From Tubulanus polymorphus (taxonomy: Eukaryota > Animalia > Nemertea), in assembly GCF_964204645.1 (NCBI RefSeq), contig NC_134030.1, positions 3,080,778-3,144,777 on the forward strand: a stretch of DNA of 64,000 bases. The letters are read 5' to 3'. The position numbers were made by a program, and so were the translations under genes. The notes under the pieces are model-generated. The model saw only the letters and a list, made by a program, of their open reading frames with translations. It was not told where the DNA came from and ran no database searches. This document shows positions 49,497 through 61,350 of the stretch, piece by piece. Each line of letters opens with the position of its first letter. Positions within the stretch are counted from its first letter, which is position 1.

Positions 49497-49576
49497 CATA
49501 TTTCTGCCATGGTTGTTGTTTGCCTCGGTCGTCGCAACTCTCAGCCGAACAAACCCAGTTACTACACGCGCATAAA
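49497..49576 (-). CDS. Candidate upstream exon of the same gene (LCACSNWVCSAESCDDRGKQQPWQKY)
   Basis: tttatcgttgcag acceptor, G|gtaagt donor, 80 nt, phase 2-1 compatible with 42565; the exon also ends in ATG, so it could be mostly 5' UTR. Confidence 0.55.
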
Positions 49577-50309
49577 CTGCAACGATAAACACATTCATAT
49601 AAATACATCATGAATTCCGGGCATAAATTATCATCGTTATCAATTTTTGGAAAAAAACCTTGAAGCTTCTTAAAGAGTGGTATAATCGCCTTACGCGTCG
49701 AATGATAATGACGAAACCTTGGATTATTTCGAATAAAGGGAACAAACTATCTGAACATCTGAAGACCGATCCGTAATCTTCTTAGAATCGCCGCAGATTC
49801 AGAACCGCATCCCGCGAATAACGAATATCGCGAGGGAAGGTAAACTAAACATCTAAGAAACACGCGACTCCCGCTATGAAAAGAAGTAAATGTCCGCATT
49901 GTAGTAGTTTGATGGATAGTTCTGGTAAAAAATATTCGTCTTATTTCCTAAAAGGCGTCGAAATAGAAATGAAAGCGATTTTACGGTTAACATGTAACGC
50001 CACTTCTGCATCATCGGTCACAGTTAGCGCCTGCGACGCGAGCATAATAGAAAAATAAACCCGGTTGATTGGGAGACAGTACCGCAGTTAGATTATCCTT
50101 TTACAAGTCGTAACTGAATCGTGCAAATATCGATATATTGAAATGATTTATGGTAAAATAAGCAATATTTCACGTCAATTCGGGATATATATCGACAGGA
50201 TTTCTTACAGCGTCCGTCGCCGACGAATGACGATAAAAGCGGTCAGTATTTTATAGCGCACAGAATACTGTGAACATTTTTTTTCATGTCGATGGACATT
50301 ACTCTCTAT

Positions 50310-50657
50310 ACTGCGCAGTTGTCTTACTCAAGGACACTGGCAGTCGTGTGCTAGCTGTTGTCCTGCCCAGGGATACTGATACTGTCCAGGGACCCATCGC
50401 GTGTGCCCAGGACCTGCACCGTGTGCGGTTGCCTTCAAGGGCACCAGACGCGTGCTGTTGTCTTCCTCGAGGATACTACCTCGTGTGCAGTTATCTTGGC
50501 GGGGACACTATAGTCGTGTGCATAGTTTTCAATGACACTTAGTCGTGTGCGAATGCCTTGCCCAAGGATACCAGCCGTGTGCAGTTGTCTCGCCCAAGGA
50601 CTCTCTACAGGTTTCGAACCTGACAGGCCGGAGTGTAGTGCACTCTCAACCACGCTT
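50310..50657 (-). mobile_element. tRNA-derived SINE relic followed by about 8 degenerate 30-35-bp tandem units
   Basis: Minus-strand B box GGTTCGAAACC at 50620-50610; repeated cgtgtgcagttgtcttgcccaaggaYac units. Confidence 0.6.
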
Positions 50658-53164
50658 CACTTTTGTTCGACGCTTTTTTCAATCAACTCAAAACCGCTGG
50701 TAGTCGCTCTGTTAATTACCATTAGCAGTAACTTCGCTCTAAAGAAGAAGAACAATTCAGCAACGTCGCTATAGAAAGACGTGGCTCGATCAGATCCACA
50801 GAGAAGCGGGTGGAAAGTACTGTTTAATCCCCACTGGACAATGAACGCATGAAATATTGAGCCATTAATGGAAACCGGTCCTGCAACATCCATCTAGATA
50901 TCATGATCTTCACTCATTTCTCACTAATAGCCAAGAAAATAGGCACCAGAGATAAAAAGCCAGATGCTTAGTTATTTATCGATTTCGTTCGCGCTGGCCA
51001 TCGTGGATTTGTTTCCCAAGTAAAAAATAGAGAATGTGATGTGAACGACTCATGGTTGATTAAAAGGGGACTGTTTTATTACATGGGCGGATATAAGGGG
51101 TTAGGGGCCTGGGCCCTGTATTTATGCCAAGATATCATTATCATACCGGTCATTTAATCATAGAATCTCTCACTACGGCTATTAAGCTAGATGGCCACCC
51201 CTAAAAACCAGCAATACAACGAGAGGCATCGGAGGTTTTGCCTCCTCCCCCTATTCTAAAATTCTGGATTCCCTTGTTGCATCATATATAATACTTGATA
51301 TAACCGACATGTTATCGACTAAGTTATTCGAGAAAAAATGGAAATCGAAAGTCTCAAAGTACAATCCGATTTTTTTCTCCATATGAGACCGAGTGACTAT
51401 GTAATGATGTAATATAAATTGATGACTTTGTAGCGAATTCGAATAGAGATGAATCGAGACTCGAACAAGTTGACAGTTAATTTGAATGATGAAAAATGGA
51501 TGGTTTTAGAATAGGGCATAGATCAACGCTTTGGTCTCATCAATCACTCGTTAAATTTCTCTAATCATATTGAAATGTCGGGCTGACATTTTCTGATGTA
51601 TTTTCTTCTATACCTTTGTTTGAAATACCATCGGTGTCTTCGAGTTAACATATATCATAATATTCGTCGACTTGAGAAAAGACTTCACCATATTTTTTTC
51701 ATGTCGAACGCGTTGTTGAAACCCAACGTTGGGAGATAATGAAAGGACAAACGTTTCGTGTTGTTTTTGATTATTTACTTTGTAAAGAAGCAATTTACCG
51801 AATGAGAAAGACTAGGTGATTTCCGGATAAAAAGATAAGCGAGCTGAAGTGAAATAACAAGTTGACGCGCGGAGGAACGAGTATAGGATTGGAAGTTGCT
51901 GGCCGTCATTTTGTGAGGAAATTTTTGTCCATTTCGATGCGTTTTATTCCATATCTGCACCATCAATCTACCAGGCTATACATCATCATGATGTAAACCT
52001 TAATGAAAAACTCCATAGTAGCAATATGACGATAAAATCCCTATCGGCATTCCTGCAGATGATTATCAGGATATAGTCGAAACATCAAATGAATTATTAA
52101 CTGAACGAAACAATTCAGAATCCGTTTTGTTGAGTATCGTGGGGTTTATCGTATAACATCATGTTCTTTTATTAACCTCTCAGAGATGCTTGATTGTATT
52201 ACGTATGCACCAATCCAGAGAAATAAAACAAAAAACGACGGCCATAAAAGATTTCAGATGACTTGCTCGGCTAATATAGGCAGTCGCACACACACTGAGC
52301 TGTCAAGTCAGCTATTTCGTTTATAATGACACGAACATGATAATGAAGGCTATCGCAACATCTTTCGTAGAAACTTTGAAGACAAAAAAAAACTAGATTT
52401 CTCCGCATGATTAGCTAGAGGAGAGGTTGTATTCCTTAGAGGATATTGGCCAAACAAAATGTGATATTCATAGTTTCATTTCAGTTTTGATTGATTAATT
52501 TTCACAATTAAGCGATTTAAAAGTTTTCAAACCCGTTCGTAGTTTTCATGTGTAAACGAACATGTATTTCGGTGTTTTAAAAAGCTTTTAAAGCATATTA
52601 AGACTCCAGGTGTTGACTAACACCACCACCTGGTGGGTTGACTGACTGAAAAAAAAATCGATTGCTGAAACGATATCTCGAGTTCCTTAATGATCAATGA
52701 TATTATCGATTACAAAATAAAGCTAATGATATAGAATTATATGAATCTTAATCTTGAATCAAATCATTCGAAAGTAAATTGACCTGTCGCAGGGAACCGC
52801 TTTTAGATAATACCGTTGTTTGAGTCAACTATACAGTGTGTTCAGATGCCTGACACATACGTAGACTTATCTTGTATAAACTGTGGAGGCGGTAATACAA
52901 TATGATTGGTAGTTTGGTCAGTGAGGGTAAAACTAACGAATTGATGCGGCGCGCGACGCCGTTACCGACCTGGAATTGATGAAAACAACGTAATTACTTC
53001 AAACTAATCTGTATGTTCTGTCGGCGTTAAACAAGGCGGATCTCGTCAGTCGGATACGTGACCAGTAATACCGACATATATGTAATGTTCGCTTTCGTGC
53101 CATCTGAATTAGTTTTATACAAGGAAGGTTAGATTCTTATGGTCGTGTTCAATTAGAATAGATA

Positions 53165-53363
53165 GGGGAGTGGAACACTGCTGTAGGGGAGAGGTTCTAT
53201 CACAGTAAACCATGCATGCTCAGGAGAGGGGAGTGGAACACTGCTGTAGGGGAGAGGTTCGAACACAGTAAACCACGCATGCTCAGGAGAGGGGAGTGGA
53301 ACACTGCTGTAGGGGAGAGGTTCTATCGCAGTAAACCGCGCATGCTCAGGAGAGGGGAGTGGG
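53165..53363. repeat. 63-bp minisatellite, about 3.2 units
   Basis: ggggagtgg recurs at 53165, 53228, 53291, 53354. Confidence 0.95.
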
Positions 53364-54444
53364 ACATACGCACTGCTGTGGGAGATGTCTATCGTGTCAT
53401 ACATCCTCAGAAGCGTCAAATATTTCACCGATCTTTAAACCAGACACCGAATTCATGAAAGGTCTTTTTTTCTAATCACCAACTCTTTTAGAAAGGACGT
53501 ATAACACTGTAGGCTCTGTATTACAGAAACAATTGGAACCATTTACATGGCAAAACCAAAGTTTTTAGAAAGTGATACTACCATTTGATGTAAAACGAAG
53601 AACGTTCCACTGAAAATGGTACATCTGTGCTGTGATCGGGATATTTGCTTATCAATTTTGCAGTAGGTATTAAGTGCGACACTGCACACTGCCGACTCGA
53701 CGGTTTAAAGGCTGTTAAAAGTTCTCTTAACGACGAGAAGATTTTGTCCTCGGGGATCAATTTGGACACGTCCGCCGTAAATGTGTCAATAATTTATCTC
53801 GACTACACGGGGATAGAACGAATTAAATTACGAGACCGGATTACAGGATTACTTGACCTATCGCGCGTTGTTCGCGCCGCAGGAGCCGCGGTAATTAGAC
53901 CACATCCTCCGGTGGATTCCATAGCCGTGGTGGCGGTTCGATCGTGACCAGTAGAGATCGCTGCGAACTGTCGTCACATATACGCGAGCAATACATTATA
54001 TATAGACATGTGATGAAAATTTTGCCGGTCGTTTGGGGAAATTGCCGTCGATATATCACAGCCAGCTGCCCCGAGGAGTTGAGAACGGGTCGATAGTGAC
54101 GCGATCATTATAAAAACAATATAACCTACGGTTCGAATTAGAGAGAGATAATTCGCTTCTCAAAAAGTATGAAATATGGAGTCACTCCACCTCCCGCCAG
54201 GCATGCGCGTTGCTGGGTGACATCTTGTGTCGTTTGAGAAATATCGGATACACAGAAGTCAAGTTATTTATGTATTTGATATGTCTGTTGTTCCCTGGAG
54301 GTGTCTTACTTTCAGAATAGCAATGACTCGATAGATCCATGAACCCGGTTTCTTCTTTTTATAGAGCATTAACCCGCTTTCTGTGGATGATAAGAACAAC
54401 ATCGACAAAATAATCGGAAATCGTGACCAAGGGGTTAATATTCA

Positions 54445-54547
54445 GGACACCGGTTCCACAGTTGTGAGTTAGAGCTAAATCTGAGTTAAAATTAGTTCAT
54501 TTTTAATGTTTTTTAAACTCTGTTCAACGCATGACTGTGGAACTGGG
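54445..54547. mobile_element. MITE family B copy (relatives at about 30450-30557, 21500-21592, 8971-9030)
   Basis: ccggttccacagttgtgagttagag...actgtggaactggg; internal sequence is the reverse complement of the 30450 copy. Confidence 0.75.
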
Positions 54548-56476
54548 AAGAGTAAGTTAGATTCAGCCCGTTCTATTCTCAAGATTCGGCCATTCAGTTG
54601 AGAACATTTCATGAACAGCAATTCTGGTTGGATGAACGTATATAGTTTCAATCAGTTTAGTCGCTAACGATCCCCGAGTGACCATTACTTATTGGCTAGA
54701 TAAGGTCTTTAACGATAAGCGCGTGTCTGTTGGCCATAAACACGAACGCAACAGTGCTACAGACTTGCGGGCTAATCCTTGTACTGTAATAATTCATCAC
54801 CACGGCAGGAACGATACTTCCAACTCTGTAGCTATTGCGGTAATTATTTCTGCTGAAAGCTACAAACGAAATGATGAGAACACGGCTACGAATGAACATG
54901 TGAAGTGGAACTCAGGCACTATACGGCGTGTGCTCGGCACGTTGTCAGCCCCGAAGCCATTTCTGAATTAGAAAGAAGGAAATTATGACGAAGGCACTCC
55001 TCATTGTACTGGAGCAGAGGTGAAGTCTCGTACTAGTATGAATCTACTTCGAACTGACGTCGCTTTCATGCGAAAGCAATAATAGAATAGTCGATATAAT
55101 TTATGACGTAATTAGAGCTCAGAAGATTAGACGAGATCTTCCAGTTCTAATACCGAAACTGACAAGTACCGTATATATTGAAAGAATTTACTCGTCCTAT
55201 GAGATCCGAGTTTCCTACTGTAACCGTTTGAACGTCATGCATGCACTTTTTCCAAAAAATATTTTTCTAATTCTGCTATTGTATAAACGTATACATTGTT
55301 TTCTTTTTTAATTAGCTGATTCGATGTTCATTGACGATCTTGTCGTTTGATTATGGTGAATAAACTAACTTGTAACTTGTAACTAGCCTCCCCTTTTTCC
55401 TAGGCGATTCTGTGCAGAGAAAAGTGAATAACTCGTTCGTCAGTGACGAAATCAGAGACGATTTAAGATTGAGGTTTACCTAAACGAGTTGGTCGGGTTG
55501 ATGCGATGTCATAAAACGCGATTACCACTGAGCGAGATTCTAAACGATTAACGACGTTGCGGAGACATTATTAGTGTATCAAATATACAGACATTACTCG
55601 ACGAAACTCGATTTTCAATTAACCCCACATAACCTTTACACAATCTATACGTATCAGTCTACCAATACAGGGCTTGAGATGACGATGTATCGGGCCGTAT
55701 CGGAGACAAATAATTGAGGTTAACAGTATCTCGGTATAGAAGAGAAAATGGAAAATAGATACAGCGATGGAAATGAGTTGGTTATTTGTTTTATCGTCAA
55801 GCGATGGGATCGTCAAAACTGGCGCCTTTATCGAGCTAAAAACAGTCTGGATGCTCAAATTCACTTCAATCACCCGAATTCCTGTTCAACCATAACATCA
55901 ATAACCCTTATTATGTGTAGAACTGTGGTCTTATTCATTTGATTTACCGGTACATGTATTTATTTCACCTGATGAGGGGGATATCACCTCGCCTGATGAG
56001 GGGGTATCACCTCACCAGCGTGTGAGGGGATATGAAATACCGAAAACGTTCGTGTCAATAAACTATTTTACTCATTACAAAATAAGGTTTATTTTGTTAT
56101 CGCTTCTTGCTGTTTGATTATTTGAAAGTATCTTCCTCCGAGCTGAGGAAATACCACAAGATGATACACAATGAAATACATTGTTTCGCCACCAAGTTTA
56201 AATGCGCCGTCGTCATCTCCTCGACGCACGTCGTATCGAAGCCCCATAGACGTGTAGAATGAAATCAGCTGTGCAAAATTCGACACTGTCGAATGCGCCG
56301 AGCTGCTGAAAATGGAATTCCAAACTTGTCAAGCGATTAATCTGAAGATCCGTCGAACACTAGGCAATTTACAAGAAACGAAGGGTAATATTAACACTCA
56401 AATTGCGTCTCTACGAAAGGATTGAAAAGACCACGACCGTAAAATAGACGAGCGATTCTGTCTTATCCCCTTCCTA

Positions 56477-56621
56477 ACTGACTGACTGACTGACTGACTG
56501 ACTGACTGACTGACTGACTGACTGACTGACTGACTGACTGACTGACTGACTGACTGACTGACTGACTGACTGACTGACTGACTGACTGACTGACTGACTG
56601 ACTGACTGACTGACTGACTGA
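56477..56621. repeat. (ACTG)n microsatellite
   Basis: Perfect tetranucleotide run of about 145 bp. Confidence 0.99.
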
Positions 56622-58034
56622 GTTGTAATTCCGCTTACAGACGACGAATGGAAAGGTTATATTCTTAAAGCGCCCGCAGAAATATCGTTCCATGTACGGT
56701 AGATAGTAAAGAATTGCCGCAATAGTTTCCCAGCTAACTGGTAAACAACAGCACCAAACCAGTGGATTTACTTCAACCAAGCTGTTTATCTGCTTGAAGT
56801 GAAATTTTACCCGATGTACATGAAAGCACCATCCTTATGTTAAACATATACTTTTAATCCGGATGCTTTTTTAATGGTTTGAATACTTGCAGACGGATCA
56901 GACCATGTATCCGATATCTATAATCATTGAAGAGATTATGAATTCTTTTCTCGTAGCAATCTAGATACAAGATTGTAATCCCAGACTTATATCCATGTCT
57001 TAATTAGTCATCCTTTTTTGTTATTAGGACAACCTGGACCAACTATTTCAGGTTATTGTGTCTTACAACATCAAGATGCTTCTGAAATTGCAAATAGTTC
57101 AAAAACTGAAACACTATTTCAGGTTGTTATGTCTTACAACATCAAGATGCTTCTGAAATAACAAATTGTTCAAAAACTGAAACAATCTGCTGATCTTTTT
57201 CTGATAATGTATCCGAGTATCTGAGTACCGCGATACTATCCGCCTGTCGTCGTTTCTTTTCACCCGATCGGATTTTTCCACACGTCTGATCGCGCGATAT
57301 GTTACCTTCAATTACCCGAGCACAAAATGACACTTTTGATCTGATAATTACTATAGGGGATCAGAGCGCCAACCCAACCAATTGATACAGACGACGGTTC
57401 AATCTACGTGATCGTTCAATCCTAACCGATCTGACCGGCGGCAGCTATATTGCGTCAGAATCGAGCTGGTAATTTACCTGGAATGGCGTGCTCCGACTCC
57501 GGCTGCGAGCCTACTCGACGCTAAACAGCGGTGACAAGAAAATTGATACGAAAACTACAGTCGCCCCGACGGTGAAATTACTGCATAAATTGGACCTAAC
57601 TGACGAGTCTTTAGCAATAACTATCGCGTCCCGTGGTGAAACGCGGCGATGTCTAACAACATCAGAATCGCGCTGAATGCAAACAACTAACAACATTGTC
57701 AGAATGAATAGGACAGTACGACGTCCATGGAAACATGTCTTGTGTTTCGAATTACCAGTCTTTGAGTACTACAGTATTGGTTTATCCGTAAAGGCAAAAT
57801 TCTTGGTAAAAGGTATACTTTGTATAGGCGTATATAGAATAAACCACGGGCGACAATGGTTCTTGGGCTCAGGCTCGAATCTGGAACTCCGAAATTCACA
57901 TGCGATTTTCCCATTACATTTTGGATGGCCAATAGCTGAATTTTGTCGAGGCAGAATGATTTTATCATGACACCGTAGTCTTCCGACCCGGTTCGTACAG
58001 TCTGCAAGGTCATGTCGCTGGAAACAGGTTTTTA

Positions 58035-58250
58035 TTGCCTATTTCTGCCGCTACCACCTAGCTTCACTGGACCGATTCTTTGCACTGACAAGACCCCACA
58101 TACTAACATTGTACCCAAGTTTCATCAAGATCGACCCACTATTAACGAAGCTAGGTAGCAGAAAGACAGAGACAGACAGACAGACAGATAGTTCGAAAAT
58201 AAGAATCTCCTGAACAAGCCCGAGAACCAAAAATGTTACATTTCCCCGAC
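58035..58250. mobile_element. Probable non-autonomous Helitron/Helentron-associated element with (GACA)n
   Basis: ccaagtttcatcaagatcg followed by gacagacagacagacaga, with a short inverted ctgccgctaccacctagcttc / gaagctaggtagcag; pattern resemblance only. Confidence 0.4.
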
Positions 58251-59094
58251 ATTTTAAAAAGATATTTTCGAAGAAAGATACAAATCTGAAAGAAATCCGT
58301 ACGAAGCACTTCACGCGTTCACAGATCGGGAAATACCTCACTGTTTAACGAGGCTTTAGAATTACATGCCATCGATATTTTTCTGCAGCCCCGGCCATTG
58401 CCACCGGGTCGATGCGTCGCTATACTCCATCGCGATTCTCGAATATCACATTACGGCCGTGTTGGACCCTCGATTATTAACCGTCTAACTAAACATGTTT
58501 CCCAATCTCATATTTACACTGCTTGTGTTGTGTTATCGAATTTTTCATTCGTAGAGATAAATGGATTACAGATCTGGGATTAGCTGGAGCCAATACTGTG
58601 GCGTTTAAGCCTTGTGTTCTGATTATCTTGACATTACGAAGGTTTCTTCTCTCTCGCGTTGGTATCATTGTATTTAGATTGTCAATTCTTTGATAAATAA
58701 GTGGAGTACATGACGATACTCGAGGTCGAATTCTGTATGTAGTTCTTATCATGACGTGATGAAAAATATTTTCTATATTGGAAGACGGAGGGAAGATGTA
58801 AGCAGCCAAGTTCCCATCAACCCCGCCGAGTGCTAAGCAGGGCATCATTAGCGGGTTTGATATTTCCTTTTCCCCCAGTTTCTAACCAAATAAGGTGAGA
58901 GACCAGAGAAGAACCGTCGACTAATGACCCACTGAACCCAGGCTTGAAGAGACGAAACAGTAACCATTGAGTTAAGCCTCTGGCCTACTAGACGTCTCCC
59001 AATCAGCCAAATCGAAGCCGCCATTCCTTCAGATTTTGACTGTGTAGAATTACTCACGAGTAAGGTTACGTACAGCTATGGGGCAAAGATGATA

Positions 59095-59483
59095 ACACGC
59101 TAACGACGTGTAATTGTGTATTAAGTATATACATGCATGTAGCTAATACCGGGCAAATTCAGAAAATGTACGTAAGGAGAAGGAGACGTCTTCACGTCTT
59201 ATGTAAAGGCCAATAGTATTTTCACTCGCAAAATGCAATCCTATGCAGATCAAAAGATGACAAATATATAACAGAGATGACAGACCCTGTCAGTATACAA
59301 TCACACGCTAACGACATCTAATTATTGCGTATCAAGTATACATGAGGATAGCTGGGCAAATTCTCAAAATATACGTATATATATGCCTCAGAGGTCGTTA
59401 CATCTCAGATGAAGACATTACTATTTTCACCCGCAAAAATATCATCCTACAGATGAAAAAGGGACGAATATAACAGAAATGAC
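59095..59483. repeat. Diverged tandem duplication of about 190-210 bp; shorter duplications at 2929-3092, 6882-6983, 57044-57183
   Basis: acacgctaacgac...gggcaaattc...attttcac.cgcaaaa...atataacaga.atgac occurs twice. Confidence 0.85.
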
Positions 59484-61203
59484 GTTTATTAAGACAAACC
59501 TGGTCGGGTTTTATATAACTCTGCAACTGTCTAGTCGAACTATCGATGTCATTGATTCTTTGATACATTTGAAGCGGATTTTGCCGGCCCCATTTTCCGC
59601 CAGCTTCGGGCGATTACGTTTGACAGAAAGCAATTACAAGAAATCATCTCAATTATGATGACAGTCGTGTCGGAATAATCATTTCTTCTGTTTCCGCTGC
59701 GCACACAATTCCGACTATAAAACATGACGACGAATTGTGTGCGACCGAATTTGGATTCCGCTGAAAGAATTCGTTCGTAGAAATGATATTTTTTCTGAAG
59801 TATGAGCTCTGACGTTACGATCAATTCGGGTCCACTTGTCTACGCTGCTGCCCGCAATGTGTCCATTACCACTAACGCTTCGATGACCCTTGCAAGGAAA
59901 TGACCAACACGGCAACTATTTCGAAATCTGTACACGTATATAACCGCCTAAAGCGAGTCCGGTTCTTGCGTTGAATTTTTGTAGCCGAGAGCTCGCCGGT
60001 GAAATTTTTTGAAAATTGGAAGATTAATTGAATGAACCGGAATTTCCAGTCGATTTAAACAAAGAATCCTGTAAATTCTCGCCGACCACCGTGCTTTGAT
60101 TTCCGATTTTAAAATCAAATCCCCTGTTTTGCTCCCACCAAATGTGGTGGGTTTGTAAGGGACACCAGATCAAAACAAATCATACGAAATCTTCCAATCA
60201 AATGTCAATCGCTGTTTTAAGATTGAGAAAAAAGAAAATGAAAAAAATCGTTCCCCGAAGCTCGGCTCAAAATTATCGGTTGTTTACTCTTTTTAAAGAA
60301 AAATCCGCCTTGACAGAAATCATCAGTCGTATACCGCGCGTCATCGTGTAACAGTGACGGCACAGACCGGCATTTCAAGCAGGTTGATAGATGTAAGATT
60401 CGACGATTCTATATAATTGCCGCACCTTTCCACCACTCCGTGTCAATTAGACGAATATTTTTGATTGATTAAAATTTGATAAGAACTGAGCCGATCTGCG
60501 AGCGCTATATCTCAATCTAAATGACATTAGAAAAACTGTTCCGTTCGGCGCGATGAAATTCTCAATGTTTGACGGCGTTCTTTATATCAATATTGGATCA
60601 GGAATTGAAGGGAAATTACGCCGGTATTACAGACCCACGGGATATGATAACTGGTGCTTGATTAAAACAATTTAAGCGACGCATAAAGCGCATCGGGCTT
60701 CCGTAGAAGTCAATACGTGACGTATTCTATTTCGTTAAGATTGATTTAAAAATATGGAAACTGTAGTAATTGGATGATATTTAAAAAATGGATATTCGCG
60801 AAAAATTGCGAAAGCGTCGTAGATCGTAACGATTGTAACGATTGGAATTTGAATTTATAGCAATGAACGCTGACTGAAGAAATTCAACTTGATACAGAAA
60901 TTTCAAATGACAGGGGTTCAGGAGGAATACAGGGCACATTTCGTTGTTCATTGTGTGATGGATATATGCGGATGATAGCGAGTCGGGGTCGATTTTTCTA
61001 ATTTGCCCCTAGCTAAAAATCACCCCTGATGAGAACATTGGAATTTATTATCAACCGCGGGAAGGCAGTTTCAACTTGTTTCCAGACATCTTCGATCATG
61101 CCTTATAAAAAAGGGCAACTTGAAATGACAAGGGTCTGTACCCCCCTTACATAGCCCCCCCCCCTCTAAATCTGCTTCTGAACCCCCACCTAATCATGTT
61201 AAA

Positions 61204-61350
61204 TACCGTCAAGTCCGTTATAACGCTGTCATCCTTTTTTATACCAGAGAACAAATTCGCCCAATCCAACTCTAATTCAACGACTATACCATTCTTTATA
61301 ACGCCATGTTCCCCATTGGTCCCAACAGTGTTGTATTATAACGGACTGTA
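61204..61350. mobile_element. Tc1/mariner-type MITE relic
   Basis: agtccgttataac...tataacggact inverted ends with TA flanks. Confidence 0.6.

Noticed and set aside
53153-53458. Repeat-protein ORFs on both strands
   Set aside because: Explained by the 63-bp (21-codon) minisatellite
56463-56780. ORF with SVSQ repeats
   Set aside because: Translation of (ACTG)n
57478-57672. Minus-strand exon candidate (ttcag...CAG|gtaaat)
   Set aside because: All frames are interrupted by stops; could be UTR but is unsupported
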